A DNA stretch of 64,000 nucleotides from a virus. Lineage: Duplodnaviria > Caudoviricetes. The position numbers and the translations under genes were made by a program. Location of the stretch: positions 1 to 64,000 of IMG/VR virus record IMGVR_UViG_3300020463_000001. One strand, written 5' to 3'. Position 1 is the stretch's first letter. The number at the start of each line of letters is the position of its first letter. The notes beneath the pieces were generated by a model that worked only from the letters and a program-made list of their open reading frames with translations, did no database searches and was not told the origin of the DNA. Positions 17,853 through 26,726 of the stretch are shown in pieces.

Positions 17853-18043
17853 TGAAACTAAAAGATATCACAAATATTTTATGGGGCAAAAAAACAACGC
17901 AGGAAGAAGATGATAAATCTCTTTCAATAGACAACGCATATAAAACCAGATGGGTATGGTATCATACAATCCTAGGCATAGAATTATTGATAGTAATTTT
18001 AGTGCAATTATCAATTCTTGTCCTTCTTGCGGTCAAGTTATAG
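17852..18043 (+). CDS. Small membrane protein
   Basis: C-terminal TM. Confidence 0.6.
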   Translation: MKLKDITNILWGKKTTQEEDDKSLSIDNAYKTRWVWYHTILGIELLIVILVQLSILVLLAVKL

Positions 18044-18066
18044 TTAAGTTTTAGACCATAAAAAGT

Positions 18067-18095
18067 TGGACAACGCACCTAAATAGTGTTATAAT
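18067..18095 (+). promoter_or_regulatory. sigma70-type promoter upstream of the respiratory module
   Basis: TGGACA-17-TATAAT. Confidence 0.6.
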
Positions 18096-18107
18096 ATTGG
18101 ACATAAT

Positions 18108-18227
18108 ATGGAATTTCCCGAAGATATACATTTAAGAAAGATGGAAAAATCTCTCGCTAAAATTGAGAGAATGATTTGGGGATTGTATATTATTATACCG
18201 TTGTTCTATTTTGCTAGTACATTATAG
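18108..18227 (+). CDS. 39-aa membrane peptide
   Basis: Hand-translated MEFPEDIHLRKMEKSLAKIERMIWGLYIIIPLFYFASTL. Confidence 0.5.
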   Translation: MEFPEDIHLRKMEKSLAKIERMIWGLYIIIPLFYFASTL

Positions 18228-18259
18228 TTCCAATAATTAATTTGTAGGAATATAAAGAA

Positions 18260-18622
18260 ATGAAAAATGCATTAATTTGGTTTTATTACTCTTGGGATAG
18301 TATTATGAATCTAAAATATAATCCCATAAGCTATATCAGAGATGTAAGTCTCCAGATGTACTTCATGATTGCTCTGTCTCTTTTATGGACACTGACTTTC
18401 TGTGGATTAATTGCTGGGTGGGCCAATGTGATACCACTGGTGTATGGTCACGTTGGATTTGTCTTCGCGATATTTATGACATATGGAGTGTTTAAAGACG
18501 CTGAGAGAGATAGACCAAACTGGTTTGAGAAATGGAACACCGAATATCTTGCGGATCGTGCATTTAAGAACAGAGACAAAACCAAAAACTCTTGTCAGTG
18601 GAATTTGGAGATCGAAGCATAA
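18260..18622 (+). CDS. Hypothetical membrane protein with 2-3 TMs and a TM histidine
   Basis: WDSIMNLKYNPI motif; hydrophobic segments; YGHVG. Confidence 0.7.
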   Translation: MKNALIWFYYSWDSIMNLKYNPISYIRDVSLQMYFMIALSLLWTLTFCGLIAGWANVIPLVYGHVGFVFAIFMTYGVFKDAERDRPNWFEKWNTEYLADRAFKNRDKTKNSCQWNLEIEA

Positions 18623-18624
18623 GA

Positions 18625-18632
18625 TATAAATA
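18625..18632 (+). promoter_or_regulatory. T4 late promoter TATAAATA upstream of sufT-sdhB-aox
   Basis: Exact consensus. Confidence 0.65.
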
Positions 18633-18661
18633 ATTATAATTTCTTATAAGAGGATATTATA

Positions 18662-18907
18662 ATGGAAAAACTGTCTTATTGGTGGAATTTTAGGGAAGGC
18701 AAAGAGTCAACAATTGTAATTATTATGTCTTTTGTGATCGGGAGTGTTGGTTTTCTTTTAGCAAGCCAACCAGAAGAACCAAAAGATCCAGACATTTGTA
18801 CATCTTTTTGTATTAGAGACATAAACGATGTTCCCAGACATCCGCATTTTTTCGAAGATAATCCAGATCTAATGCCCGAAAAGTTGAAAAAAGAACTTAG
18901 AGGTTAA
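18662..18907 (+). CDS. Small membrane protein
   Basis: One TM; GAGG RBS. Confidence 0.6.
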   Translation: MEKLSYWWNFREGKESTIVIIMSFVIGSVGFLLASQPEEPKDPDICTSFCIRDINDVPRHPHFFEDNPDLMPEKLKKELRG

Positions 18908-19240
18908 ATGGAAACTATATCTCGACCAGAGATACAAGAATCTGATATCGTTGCCTGTATGAAAATGGTTTACGATCCTGAGATTCCTGTCAACATTTAT
19001 GATCTTGGTCTTATATACGAAATAAACATATTCCAAGTAGCATCAGCGGTACATATAGTAATGACTCTGACTAGTGCTGGTTGTCCGGTTGCAGGAGAAA
19101 TGCCAGAATGGGTTAAGAGTGCAGCATTAATGGCTCATGGAGTGGAAAAGGTAGACGTAGAATTAGTATTCGATCCGCCTTGGGATCTTACCATGATGTC
19201 AGATGAAGCAAAATTAGAACTAAACGTATACGGTTATTAA
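18908..19240 (+). CDS. sufT: SufT/PaaD (DUF59) Fe-S cluster maturation protein
   Basis: VYDPEIPVNIYDLGLIYEI, MTLTSAGCPVAG, VELVFDPPW...MSDEAKLEL. Confidence 0.9.
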   Translation: METISRPEIQESDIVACMKMVYDPEIPVNIYDLGLIYEINIFQVASAVHIVMTLTSAGCPVAGEMPEWVKSAALMAHGVEKVDVELVFDPPWDLTMMSDEAKLELNVYGY

Positions 19241-19959
19241 TGAAAGTAAGTTTATACAGATACAATCCAGACATAGACGAAGTTCCGTATATGGAAGATT
19301 TTGAGTTTGCTCGCCCAGAGAAAGATATATTTGTACTTGATCTTTTGCATACGTTAAAGGAACGTGACTCTACTATAACCTATAGAAGAAGTTGCAGGGA
19401 AGGTGTGTGCGGTTCTGATGGTCTAAACATGAATGGCAAGAACGGACTTGCCTGTATAACTCCTCTGTCACAAGTAGTAAAGCGGAATAAACTGGTATTA
19501 AGACCATTGCCGGGCTTACCTGTTATCCGTGATCTTGTGATAGACATGACACAATTTTACGAGCAATATGAAAAAGTTACACCCTACCTCATCAACAAAG
19601 AACCGCCTCCAGAGAAGGAGAGATTACAATCACCAGAAGATAGAGAAAAGCTGGACGGACTCTATGAGTGTATATTGTGCGCTTGTTGTTCTACAAGCTG
19701 TCCTTCTTTTTGGTGGAATCCAGATAAATTCATCGGCCCAGCAGGATTACTCGCAAGTTATCGATTCCTCGCTGACACTAGAGATACAGCGACAGATCAA
19801 AGATTAGACGCACTAGATGATCCATTTAGTGTATTTCGATGTAGAGGTATTATGAATTGTGTCAGTGTCTGTCCTAAAGGACTTAATCCAACCAGAGCAA
19901 TCGGAAAGATTCGTTCTATGTTAATATCTAGGCCAAAACGAAAAACAGTAAATGAATAA
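19240..19959 (+). CDS. sdhB: Succinate dehydrogenase iron-sulfur subunit
   Basis: RRSCREGVCGSDG, PLPGLPVIRDLVIDM, ECILCACCSTSCPSFWWN, FRCRGIMNCVSVCPKGLNP; proteobacterial (gamma-like) type. Confidence 0.97.
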   Translation: MKVSLYRYNPDIDEVPYMEDFEFARPEKDIFVLDLLHTLKERDSTITYRRSCREGVCGSDGLNMNGKNGLACITPLSQVVKRNKLVLRPLPGLPVIRDLVIDMTQFYEQYEKVTPYLINKEPPPEKERLQSPEDREKLDGLYECILCACCSTSCPSFWWNPDKFIGPAGLLASYRFLADTRDTATDQRLDALDDPFSVFRCRGIMNCVSVCPKGLNPTRAIGKIRSMLISRPKRKTVNE

Positions 19960-20530
19960 AATATCAAATTGGGTCGCAATGTCAATGACTAGGTTCTTTC
20001 GCCTTGTCGCAGACACCTTTTTTGCGAAAAGATATGGTCATAGGGCAGTAGTTTTAGAGACAATTGCGGGTGTGCCGGGCATGGTTGCCGGAATGTGGGT
20101 TCATTTACGCAGTTTGCGACAAATGAAGACCGGATATGGGCCTATGATAAGAGAACTTCTTGCAGAGGCCGAGAATGAAAGAATGCATTTGATGTTCTTC
20201 GTTGAGATAACTAAACCAAATCTATTTGAGAGACTCTTAGTGTTGCTCGCTCAGGGGTCATTCTGGATGTTTTATTTTGTTCTATATGTGATCTTTCCCA
20301 AGACTGCACATAAAATGATACACTATTTTGAGGAAGAGGCAGTAAAGAGTTATACGGAATACCTAAAAATGGTAGAATCTGGAGAAGTAGAGAATATCCC
20401 AGCACCAGAAATCGCAATTGAGTACTATGGAATGGATTCCGATGCAAAATTATCAGATCTCATCATCAATGTAAGAGCAGATGAGGCAAAACACAGCGAA
20501 GTGAACCTAAGATATGCAGAAACCGACTGA
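19952..20530 (+). CDS. aox: Alternative oxidase (ubiquinol oxidase, di-iron)
   Basis: LETIAGVPGMV, EAENERMHL, FEEEAVKSYT, RADEAKH. Confidence 0.95.
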   Translation: MNKISNWVAMSMTRFFRLVADTFFAKRYGHRAVVLETIAGVPGMVAGMWVHLRSLRQMKTGYGPMIRELLAEAENERMHLMFFVEITKPNLFERLLVLLAQGSFWMFYFVLYVIFPKTAHKMIHYFEEEAVKSYTEYLKMVESGEVENIPAPEIAIEYYGMDSDAKLSDLIINVRADEAKHSEVNLRYAETD

Positions 20531-20696
20531 AACAGCCGACCAAGAACGAATAAAAGAGTGGCATGAAGAAGACTATTGGATGAAAATGGACTTTAGTCCT
20601 ACATGGATCTTTATTCTTCCAAGCATTATGTTAATCTCTGTTCTGGGTATCGCATTGTTCATAGGAAGTGTGCTAATCGCCTCCGCAACATCATAA
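20514..20696 (+). CDS. Small membrane protein
   Basis: C-terminal TM; overlaps the aox stop. Confidence 0.5.
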   Translation: MQKPTETADQERIKEWHEEDYWMKMDFSPTWIFILPSIMLISVLGIALFIGSVLIASATS

Positions 20697-20710
20697 AAAA
20701 AGCAAAATCA

Positions 20711-20739
20711 TTGACAAATGTTTCCTAAAAGACTATAAT
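20711..20739 (+). promoter_or_regulatory. sigma70-type early promoter
   Basis: TTGACA-17-TATAAT perfect. Confidence 0.85.
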
Positions 20740-20765
20740 ATAGGGATATTTTTTTAGGAAATATT

Positions 20766-21419
20766 ATGAAAAATGAACTGAAGTATCGTACAGTTGACGG
20801 AGAACCGGAATTGGTTAATAAACCGGCCGGAGTAGATTCATTAATGAATGGTTTACTTTCTCCTTTTAAGGAAATTGCACCAACAATAACCAACTCTTGG
20901 TGGTCTCGGTCGAGCGGAATGACGAAATATAGTTGGAATAGTATTACATCAATACAGGGACGGATCGTTGAAAAATTTTTCAACGATCTCCTACAAGAAG
21001 CCGGCGTCTGTCTGAAATATAAACTCAAGGACAAAAAACACGGCGGTTCCATTAGAATTAAGAATGGCGAGGTGAAACAAGTTGATATCTTGTTCAAGTC
21101 TAAACGAGGTAAAGTAATTTATCATGAATGCAAACTCAATCTTGATCTTGACTCTGGGAAGAGAAAAAAGTCTAACGAAACAATTATGGCAATAACAGAG
21201 GAATTGAAACCTGATCTTAGTGGTTATTTTGTGCCACTCACCCGAGCTGAAATTCAAAAAGCCGGATGGTTCAATAGTTATAAGAAGCAAGGAATTGTTG
21301 TTTATCCTATAGAATGGTTGATAGATCAATTCGATTGCCCATTCACTCTAAACGATTGGTGTGATTTTTGGAAGACTGATGAAGCTACGGAACTCTCCAA
21401 ATCTTGGGGATATCGTTGA
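20766..21419 (+). CDS. Putative type II restriction endonuclease (PD-(D/E)xK)
   Basis: E...VDILF...ECK pattern; overlaps the MTase gene. Confidence 0.55.
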   Translation: MKNELKYRTVDGEPELVNKPAGVDSLMNGLLSPFKEIAPTITNSWWSRSSGMTKYSWNSITSIQGRIVEKFFNDLLQEAGVCLKYKLKDKKHGGSIRIKNGEVKQVDILFKSKRGKVIYHECKLNLDLDSGKRKKSNETIMAITEELKPDLSGYFVPLTRAEIQKAGWFNSYKKQGIVVYPIEWLIDQFDCPFTLNDWCDFWKTDEATELSKSWGYR

Positions 21420-22237
21420 AACCAGTAGTTAAGTATCAGGGCGGAAAGGGAAGGGAATTACTCAGTATCAAGAAAAGAATGCCTTCTATTTTTGATGGTT
21501 TCAATATAGATAGAGTTGTTGAACCGTTTTGCGGTGGCGCAGCGTTATCTTTTGATCAAGAAAGACCAGCAATTTTGAATGATGTCAATCATCAAGTCAT
21601 TAACTTATATAAAGTGATTGCAGATAGACAACAGTATTCTCAACTGAAATCTCAAATAGATCAATATAAAGAGTATGATCATGATAAGTTGTCGGATTTA
21701 TTTTATCGATCCAGAGATATTATCAATCAACAAAAGACAGAAAACGGTTGTCTAGAAAAGGCAATCGCATATATTATAGTAAGACAACTCTGTTTTTCTG
21801 GAATGGAAAGATATAATTCTCTGGGCGAATTCAATGTTCCGTTTGGTCATTATAAAAAACTAACGTGCAATTTGTCTGACGGGCATCATAAATTCCTACA
21901 AAGATGTGATATAAGAGAGGGATCTTTTGTTGATGTATTTGAAGAATTAGCAGAAGAAGATTTTGTGTTCATCGATCCGCCTTATCTTGATCGACTTGGC
22001 TACATAACTGGTGATGGTGGCGACAGGCTGCATGAAGATTTGTTGGAGTGTTGTAAGAATACTAAATCAAATTGGATGATTGTTCATTCGGATCATGAGT
22101 TTTATCGAGACTCATACAAAGATTTTAATATAATTTGCGAAGATTTCTCGTATAGTCAAATATTTGGGAAAAATAGAGATCATTCTAATGCCAAAGTCAA
22201 GCATCTCTACATAACTAATTATTCTGTAACAATTTGA
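21404..22237 (+). CDS. N6-adenine DNA methyltransferase (Dam/D12 class)
   Basis: KYQGGK, EPFCGGAA (motif I), ILND.N, YNSLGEFNVPFG, FIDPPY (motif IV). Confidence 0.92.
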   Translation: MGISLKPVVKYQGGKGRELLSIKKRMPSIFDGFNIDRVVEPFCGGAALSFDQERPAILNDVNHQVINLYKVIADRQQYSQLKSQIDQYKEYDHDKLSDLFYRSRDIINQQKTENGCLEKAIAYIIVRQLCFSGMERYNSLGEFNVPFGHYKKLTCNLSDGHHKFLQRCDIREGSFVDVFEELAEEDFVFIDPPYLDRLGYITGDGGDRLHEDLLECCKNTKSNWMIVHSDHEFYRDSYKDFNIICEDFSYSQIFGKNRDHSNAKVKHLYITNYSVTI

Positions 22238-22241
22238 TACA
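22225..22241. promoter_or_regulatory. Palindromic operator-like site TGTAACA-att-TGATACA
   Basis: Matches 26634-26650; 19 bp upstream of a -35. Confidence 0.5.
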
Positions 22242-22260
22242 AAATAATTGTAAAAAAATG

Positions 22261-22289
22261 TTGACAAGTCCCTTATAATCCCCTATACT
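22261..22289 (+). promoter_or_regulatory. sigma70-type early promoter
   Basis: TTGACA-17-TATACT. Confidence 0.8.
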
Positions 22290-22318
22290 ATAAGAGAATC
22301 AAAAAACAAGAGATAAAT

Positions 22319-22630
22319 ATGGTAATAGGAGAAACAGAAGTCACCGTAACTGAGTCTGGTACTTACACTGGTGTTCCTTCAGAGCAAATCCGTCATGCCT
22401 TCTACGAGTATATGTACTTTGACCGCATTGGACACATCCGCCAACGCAAGTGCAAGTTAGTTCCTCACGCAGAGTGGCTCGCTGACTTTGTGACCGAAGG
22501 TCTGATTGACGGCATGACCGCCGAGATCTCTCTCAATGCGCTAGAATCAGAACGCAACCCTGCTGTCCGTCGATACGCAGAAGTGTCCGGAATGTTTGAA
22601 GAGCCCGTTAGACTGTCTTTGGTAGTTTAA
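22319..22630 (+). CDS. Hypothetical early protein
   Basis: ORF track. Confidence 0.65.
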   Translation: MVIGETEVTVTESGTYTGVPSEQIRHAFYEYMYFDRIGHIRQRKCKLVPHAEWLADFVTEGLIDGMTAEISLNALESERNPAVRRYAEVSGMFEEPVRLSLVV

Positions 22631-23046
22631 TGGGATACTGGGTTTTAGAAAGAGATACAAGAGGAAAAATTATGGCTCGTAAATTACCACTTTGGGAACA
22701 AAAGATTAATAAGTTCGAATCGATTTTTTGGGATACTCACACTCTAGACGATCTAGTTGAAGCAGTGAATAAGGAACTGCCTTCTTCTGGTGCAAGTGAA
22801 ATTCCTGAGTTAGAAGAATGGCGTCTGGCTCAGAATTTACTCTACGATATTTACAACAATGGAGGCGCTAATTGCATTGATCTCGCTGGATCTAATTCCA
22901 AGGAACAGTTTGGTGTTGGTAAGGCTCGTGCAAGTCAGCTACGAGGATCACCAGAAGAACTTGAGAACCGAACTCTGAAAGCACTTGAAACTGCTGCTGA
23001 GTTTCTAGGTCTTGAGGATGAGTTGGTCGCAATACAGCCTAGTTAA
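22630..23046 (+). CDS. Hypothetical early protein (NLLYDIYNNG motif)
   Basis: ORF track. Confidence 0.65.
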   Translation: MGYWVLERDTRGKIMARKLPLWEQKINKFESIFWDTHTLDDLVEAVNKELPSSGASEIPELEEWRLAQNLLYDIYNNGGANCIDLAGSNSKEQFGVGKARASQLRGSPEELENRTLKALETAAEFLGLEDELVAIQPS

Positions 23047-23061
23047 AAAAGGAAAAAAAAC

Positions 23062-23427
23062 ATGGGACAGGTAGTAGATCTCAGCTCTGGAGAGGTTCTA
23101 GAGCAAGAAGGCAAGGTGCCCATAACCATCTGCTTCGCTGGCACTAAGACTGTGTGGGTAGAAAAGGAGAAGCTCAATAGCGATGAAATTGGAATTCTCT
23201 GTGCAGAGGCTTCAGAAGCAACTACAGATAACATCAATGAAGGTTCAGTCACGGTTGGTTTTTATTCTCCAGATGTGGACTTTATCAATGTTCTACAAGC
23301 AGTCTGTGAGTTAGGCCCCCAAACTCTGACGTTTTGTGATCCTGAGATCGCAAAGATGCTGGAAGATATGCCTAATTGGGGCGATATGAAGGATATGTCC
23401 TTCATGGACGAAGATGAAGATGAGTGA
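23062..23427 (+). CDS. Acidic hypothetical protein
   Basis: ORF track; AAGG RBS. Confidence 0.65.
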   Translation: MGQVVDLSSGEVLEQEGKVPITICFAGTKTVWVEKEKLNSDEIGILCAEASEATTDNINEGSVTVGFYSPDVDFINVLQAVCELGPQTLTFCDPEIAKMLEDMPNWGDMKDMSFMDEDEDE

Positions 23428-23749
23428 ACGAAAGGAAACTTATTTACCTCTTCCCAAAGAATTGACAATCAGTTCTAGTCCAATTCATGGTCTGGGACTT
23501 TTTGCAACTGAGGATATAGATGCTGCGCTATATATTGGCACAACACATATCCAATACCGTGGAGACTGGGTAAGGACTCCGTTAGGTGGATTCATTAATC
23601 ACAATGAAAATCCTAATGCAGTTATTATTGAATGCTCTACAGACATGGAACGTCAACTCTTCACGATAAAGCCCATTAGTGCTGGTCAGGAATTGACAAT
23701 ATATTATACACTCTATAAAGTGTCTCAAAAATATGAAAGGATTGGTTAA
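23414..23749 (+). CDS. SET-domain protein (putative lysine methyltransferase)
   Basis: SSPIHGLGLFA..DI, GGFINH.E.PN, I.AGQELTI.Y. Confidence 0.85.
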   Translation: MKMSERKETYLPLPKELTISSSPIHGLGLFATEDIDAALYIGTTHIQYRGDWVRTPLGGFINHNENPNAVIIECSTDMERQLFTIKPISAGQELTIYYTLYKVSQKYERIG

Positions 23750-24030
23750 TGGACAAAAATCGGGAAATCAAAATCAAGGGTGCAGTCACTGAGATTGCTA
23801 ATTCACTTTTACGGATTGATGCGGAACGTGATCTCATAAAAGAGATTGTCGATAAACTGGCCGCCGAGGAAGATCTGAACAAGAAAACTCTTCGTAAGTT
23901 AGGGCGGACTTACTATAAACAAAATTATGGTGAAGAGCAACAGTCCTTTGATGAATTCTCTGATCTTTATGAATCGGTCTTTGAGACAACTTCAACTAAT
24001 CCACTAGAAGAGGCCGCTAACGCACTATGA
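23749..24030 (+). CDS. dsbA: T4 DsbA-like dsDNA-binding protein
   Basis: LIKEI...L.KK.LRKL..TYYKQNY.EE...F..LYESVF pattern. Confidence 0.7.
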   Translation: MDKNREIKIKGAVTEIANSLLRIDAERDLIKEIVDKLAAEEDLNKKTLRKLGRTYYKQNYGEEQQSFDEFSDLYESVFETTSTNPLEEAANAL

Positions 24031-24233
24031 GAATTCTAATATTGTTGGTGGTGATGTATAGTATGATGGGCTGTGCATCTCTCAAAGGACATCTTACGGA
24101 GCCAAGGAACAAAAACTACTATGAACAGTTCGGCCCCGATGATGTTCATTGTCACTCTCGAGCGGAAATGAAGGTGTGCCGCCAGTACGGAATATATCTC
24201 ATATGTGAGTGCTACTCTAAGAAAAGACTCTAA
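24027..24233 (+). CDS. Small Cys-rich lipoprotein
   Basis: MMGC lipobox. Confidence 0.6.
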   Translation: MRILILLVVMYSMMGCASLKGHLTEPRNKNYYEQFGPDDVHCHSRAEMKVCRQYGIYLICECYSKKRL

Positions 24234-24281
24234 GAATTAATGTTACGCGAAAGACTAAAATAAAAAATAAGGAAATATATT

Positions 24282-25304
24282 ATGAATAATGTCGCACAAA
24301 TAAAAACAAACACGCAATCTCTAGCAATAGGAGAAGGAATACTAGATATTGCTAATAAAATCAAAGATGGTTCATGGCCCCGAGTGGAGGAAAAGATGGA
24401 TCTGTCACAATTTGTGAAAACAGCGATTGCCTCGTATATTCTGCGTACAGAAAAACAGTTGCAGTCAAGAACCAGATCTATTAACATGGATTTTTGTGGT
24501 ATGATGATTTCGGGGATCGAAGAGAATCCAGAGCAAATAAAACATCTCAAAATGCCAGTTGTTGTTTGGTTCAAAAACGAGGTAGAATATGAAGGAGATA
24601 TTTTCCCAGCAAACAGCTACGGTCTTTTGGACGGAAATCATGGTGTTGTCATTAAGACCAATGTTGGTATTATGCAGTATGATGCATATTGTGTTCATTT
24701 TGAATTAGATCTCAATGGCGAACTGGCAAATATTCAACTTCTTGGAAATTTTCTTAATATAGAAGAAGAGAGAACTGTCGGATTGGCCAAAGAAGATATT
24801 GCTAAGTCTTATTATGCAATGATTGATGGTGCAATTGCGAGAGGGGATAACGCTCCAAGCTTACTTGAGGATGAAATTTTCATTGCATCTTTCTCCAGTT
24901 ATGGAATAAACAATCGTACTGTGGGACAATGGAGATCAAATCATGAGGATGGTGCAAGATCTAAAAAGTCTATTAAAGAATACGACAAAGAAATGCTAGA
25001 AGCAGAGTTGGAAAGAATTAAAAATATGAAGGCATATAAAGATGTTGGTTGGGCTGTTATGGCTCCATCTACTATACCAGCATATAATGGTGCTGCACTG
25101 GGTAATATGTTGAAAAACCTCACACAGCAAGACGTATATAAGTGCGTCATGATATTCTATGCTGCGGATGATAGACAAAAAATAGGCATGGACACAAACG
25201 ACAAGGTTTACGGTTATACTCATGTCAAAAAGTTTTTTGATAATGTACAGGACTGGTTCGGCAATGGTTGCAAAATCGAAGTTATATACCTCGCCACGTC
25301 TTAG
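24282..25304 (+). CDS. Hypothetical protein with ParB/Srx-like N-terminal motif
   Basis: PVVV...YGLLDGNH. Confidence 0.55.
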   Translation: MNNVAQIKTNTQSLAIGEGILDIANKIKDGSWPRVEEKMDLSQFVKTAIASYILRTEKQLQSRTRSINMDFCGMMISGIEENPEQIKHLKMPVVVWFKNEVEYEGDIFPANSYGLLDGNHGVVIKTNVGIMQYDAYCVHFELDLNGELANIQLLGNFLNIEEERTVGLAKEDIAKSYYAMIDGAIARGDNAPSLLEDEIFIASFSSYGINNRTVGQWRSNHEDGARSKKSIKEYDKEMLEAELERIKNMKAYKDVGWAVMAPSTIPAYNGAALGNMLKNLTQQDVYKCVMIFYAADDRQKIGMDTNDKVYGYTHVKKFFDNVQDWFGNGCKIEVIYLATS

Positions 25305-25448
25305 GATTATATATGAACCATCCCGAAGACTTAGATATTATCGTAATTGTGCTCGTCCTGCTCGCTCTCGCATCTTATCTTGCAACCAATTAGAGAGTAT
25401 CGGAGATACGCGGCTGAGAAACGCCCTAATTTTTTTAAGGAAAACACT

Positions 25449-25664
25449 ATGCAAAGAAACGCAAAGACACATTCTACTGGAGTGAAAGCAGATTCAATCA
25501 ACCTCATGTCACTCACAATATTCTTTAAGGAAACAAGGACAGTATTGGAAAAACGTGGCGAGTATCGTGAAGCTTTCTACTTTGAACAACTGGAATCGCA
25601 TCTACGCGAAGGTGGGTCTCTCAGTTCATCGCCCAAGGATATTGCGAGGATACTTGGATTATGA
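25449..25664 (+). CDS. Hypothetical protein
   Basis: Start moved to ATG 25449 (AAGG RBS). Confidence 0.6.
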   Translation: MQRNAKTHSTGVKADSINLMSLTIFFKETRTVLEKRGEYREAFYFEQLESHLREGGSLSSSPKDIARILGL

Positions 25665-25900
25665 AATACACTCTGTTTAAGGATAATGAAGCTGGATGCA
25701 CAGAGGCCAAACATTATCTCATATCAATCGGGAAATGGAGTAATGACATCGAACGCCGCGATGGCTGGGAAATTGTTTCTATAGCAAACAAAGAAATACA
25801 AAATCATAATGATCTACAGGATTTCGATACACTGTCTAATGGTGAATGGGGAAGTCTTATAGATGATAGTGAGGATTGGAAGCCATACAATGACATATAA
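25661..25900 (+). CDS. Hypothetical protein
   Basis: ORF track; coupled. Confidence 0.6.
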   Translation: MKYTLFKDNEAGCTEAKHYLISIGKWSNDIERRDGWEIVSIANKEIQNHNDLQDFDTLSNGEWGSLIDDSEDWKPYNDI

Positions 25901-26090
25901 AGTATACGATGCAAGAGAGTTTTTAAGAAAAGTTGGTTCTGGATCAGGAACTAACCTTCCTCATATCACTGATGAATATGCAAAGACTCTTGCAAAGGAT
26001 GTTTCTGATTATTTTAAAAAAAATAATATGAATAAGGGTGCATGGGATGTGGAGTATATTGACTTGGATGAAGAGAATTCTGAGGAATGA
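25890..26090 (+). CDS. Hypothetical protein
   Basis: Start moved to ATG 25890. Confidence 0.55.
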   Translation: MTYKVYDAREFLRKVGSGSGTNLPHITDEYAKTLAKDVSDYFKKNNMNKGAWDVEYIDLDEENSEE

Positions 26091-26320
26091 GAACGATTGC
26101 ACTAGGAGAATATTTTAGAGTCTTAGAACATAGAGTCTTTGGAATTAATATGAGCCCCTTTCGGTATTATATTCTAGAGGATTATAGAAACTGGTCTAAG
26201 GTGGCTGGTGTTGACTATAATGTTAAACTTACATACTTCTATTGGTATACAGAACCTCAGATAAAACTATATTGTCATGAGATATATTCAGATGTCTTTA
26301 AGAAGGGTGTCTGGAAATGA
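26087..26320 (+). CDS. Hypothetical protein
   Basis: ORF track; coupled. Confidence 0.55.
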   Translation: MRTIALGEYFRVLEHRVFGINMSPFRYYILEDYRNWSKVAGVDYNVKLTYFYWYTEPQIKLYCHEIYSDVFKKGVWK

Positions 26321-26481
26321 GTCAATGGATACTGAATAAACTCTCACCATATCTTCTCAAATTCAGAGAGTGGTCAAAAGGAAAAATTTGGATAAAAATT
26401 CCTCTCTGGATTCTGATATTATGGGGGTTAGGACTCGGAAATGCATACTGGTGTGTGTATCCTGTGTGCTGGGTAGTTTGA
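26317..26481 (+). CDS. 54-aa Trp-rich membrane protein
   Basis: Hand-translated MSQWILNKLSPYLLKFREWSKGKIWIKIPLWILILWGLGLG... Confidence 0.55.
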   Translation: MSQWILNKLSPYLLKFREWSKGKIWIKIPLWILILWGLGLGNAYWCVYPVCWVV

Positions 26482-26633
26482 GAGAGAAATCTTAGTGATT
26501 TTGAGTGGGTCTTTGTGGGGAAAAGTGTCGATTCTGATGCAGAAACATATGGTTCGTATGTCCGACTAAATCTGCGGATAATTTTCTGAAAACACTCGGC
26601 GGCCCGCCCAAAACACACTGGATATGCCAACTC

Positions 26634-26650
26634 TGTAACACTTTGTTACA
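26634..26650. promoter_or_regulatory. Perfect palindrome TGTAACA-ctt-TGTTACA
   Basis: 20 bp upstream of a -35. Confidence 0.55.
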
Positions 26651-26670
26651 AAAAACTTTAAATAAAGCCC

Positions 26671-26699
26671 TTGACTTATCTCTGAGTATACTTTATAAT
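26671..26699 (+). promoter_or_regulatory. sigma70-type early promoter
   Basis: TTGACT-17-TATAAT. Confidence 0.8.
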
Positions 26700-26726
26700 G
26701 CTCATATATTAATCAGAGAGGTCTCT

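Noticed and set aside
18908-20530. Host chromosomal contamination explaining sdhB/aox
   Set aside because: Genes are tightly packed among phage-type small ORFs with a T4 late promoter and lack the rest of the sdh operon. Not fully excluded without reads.
26322-26630. 102-aa minus-strand ORF
   Set aside because: Opposes the local plus-strand operon; a better plus-strand 54-aa ORF with coupled start exists.
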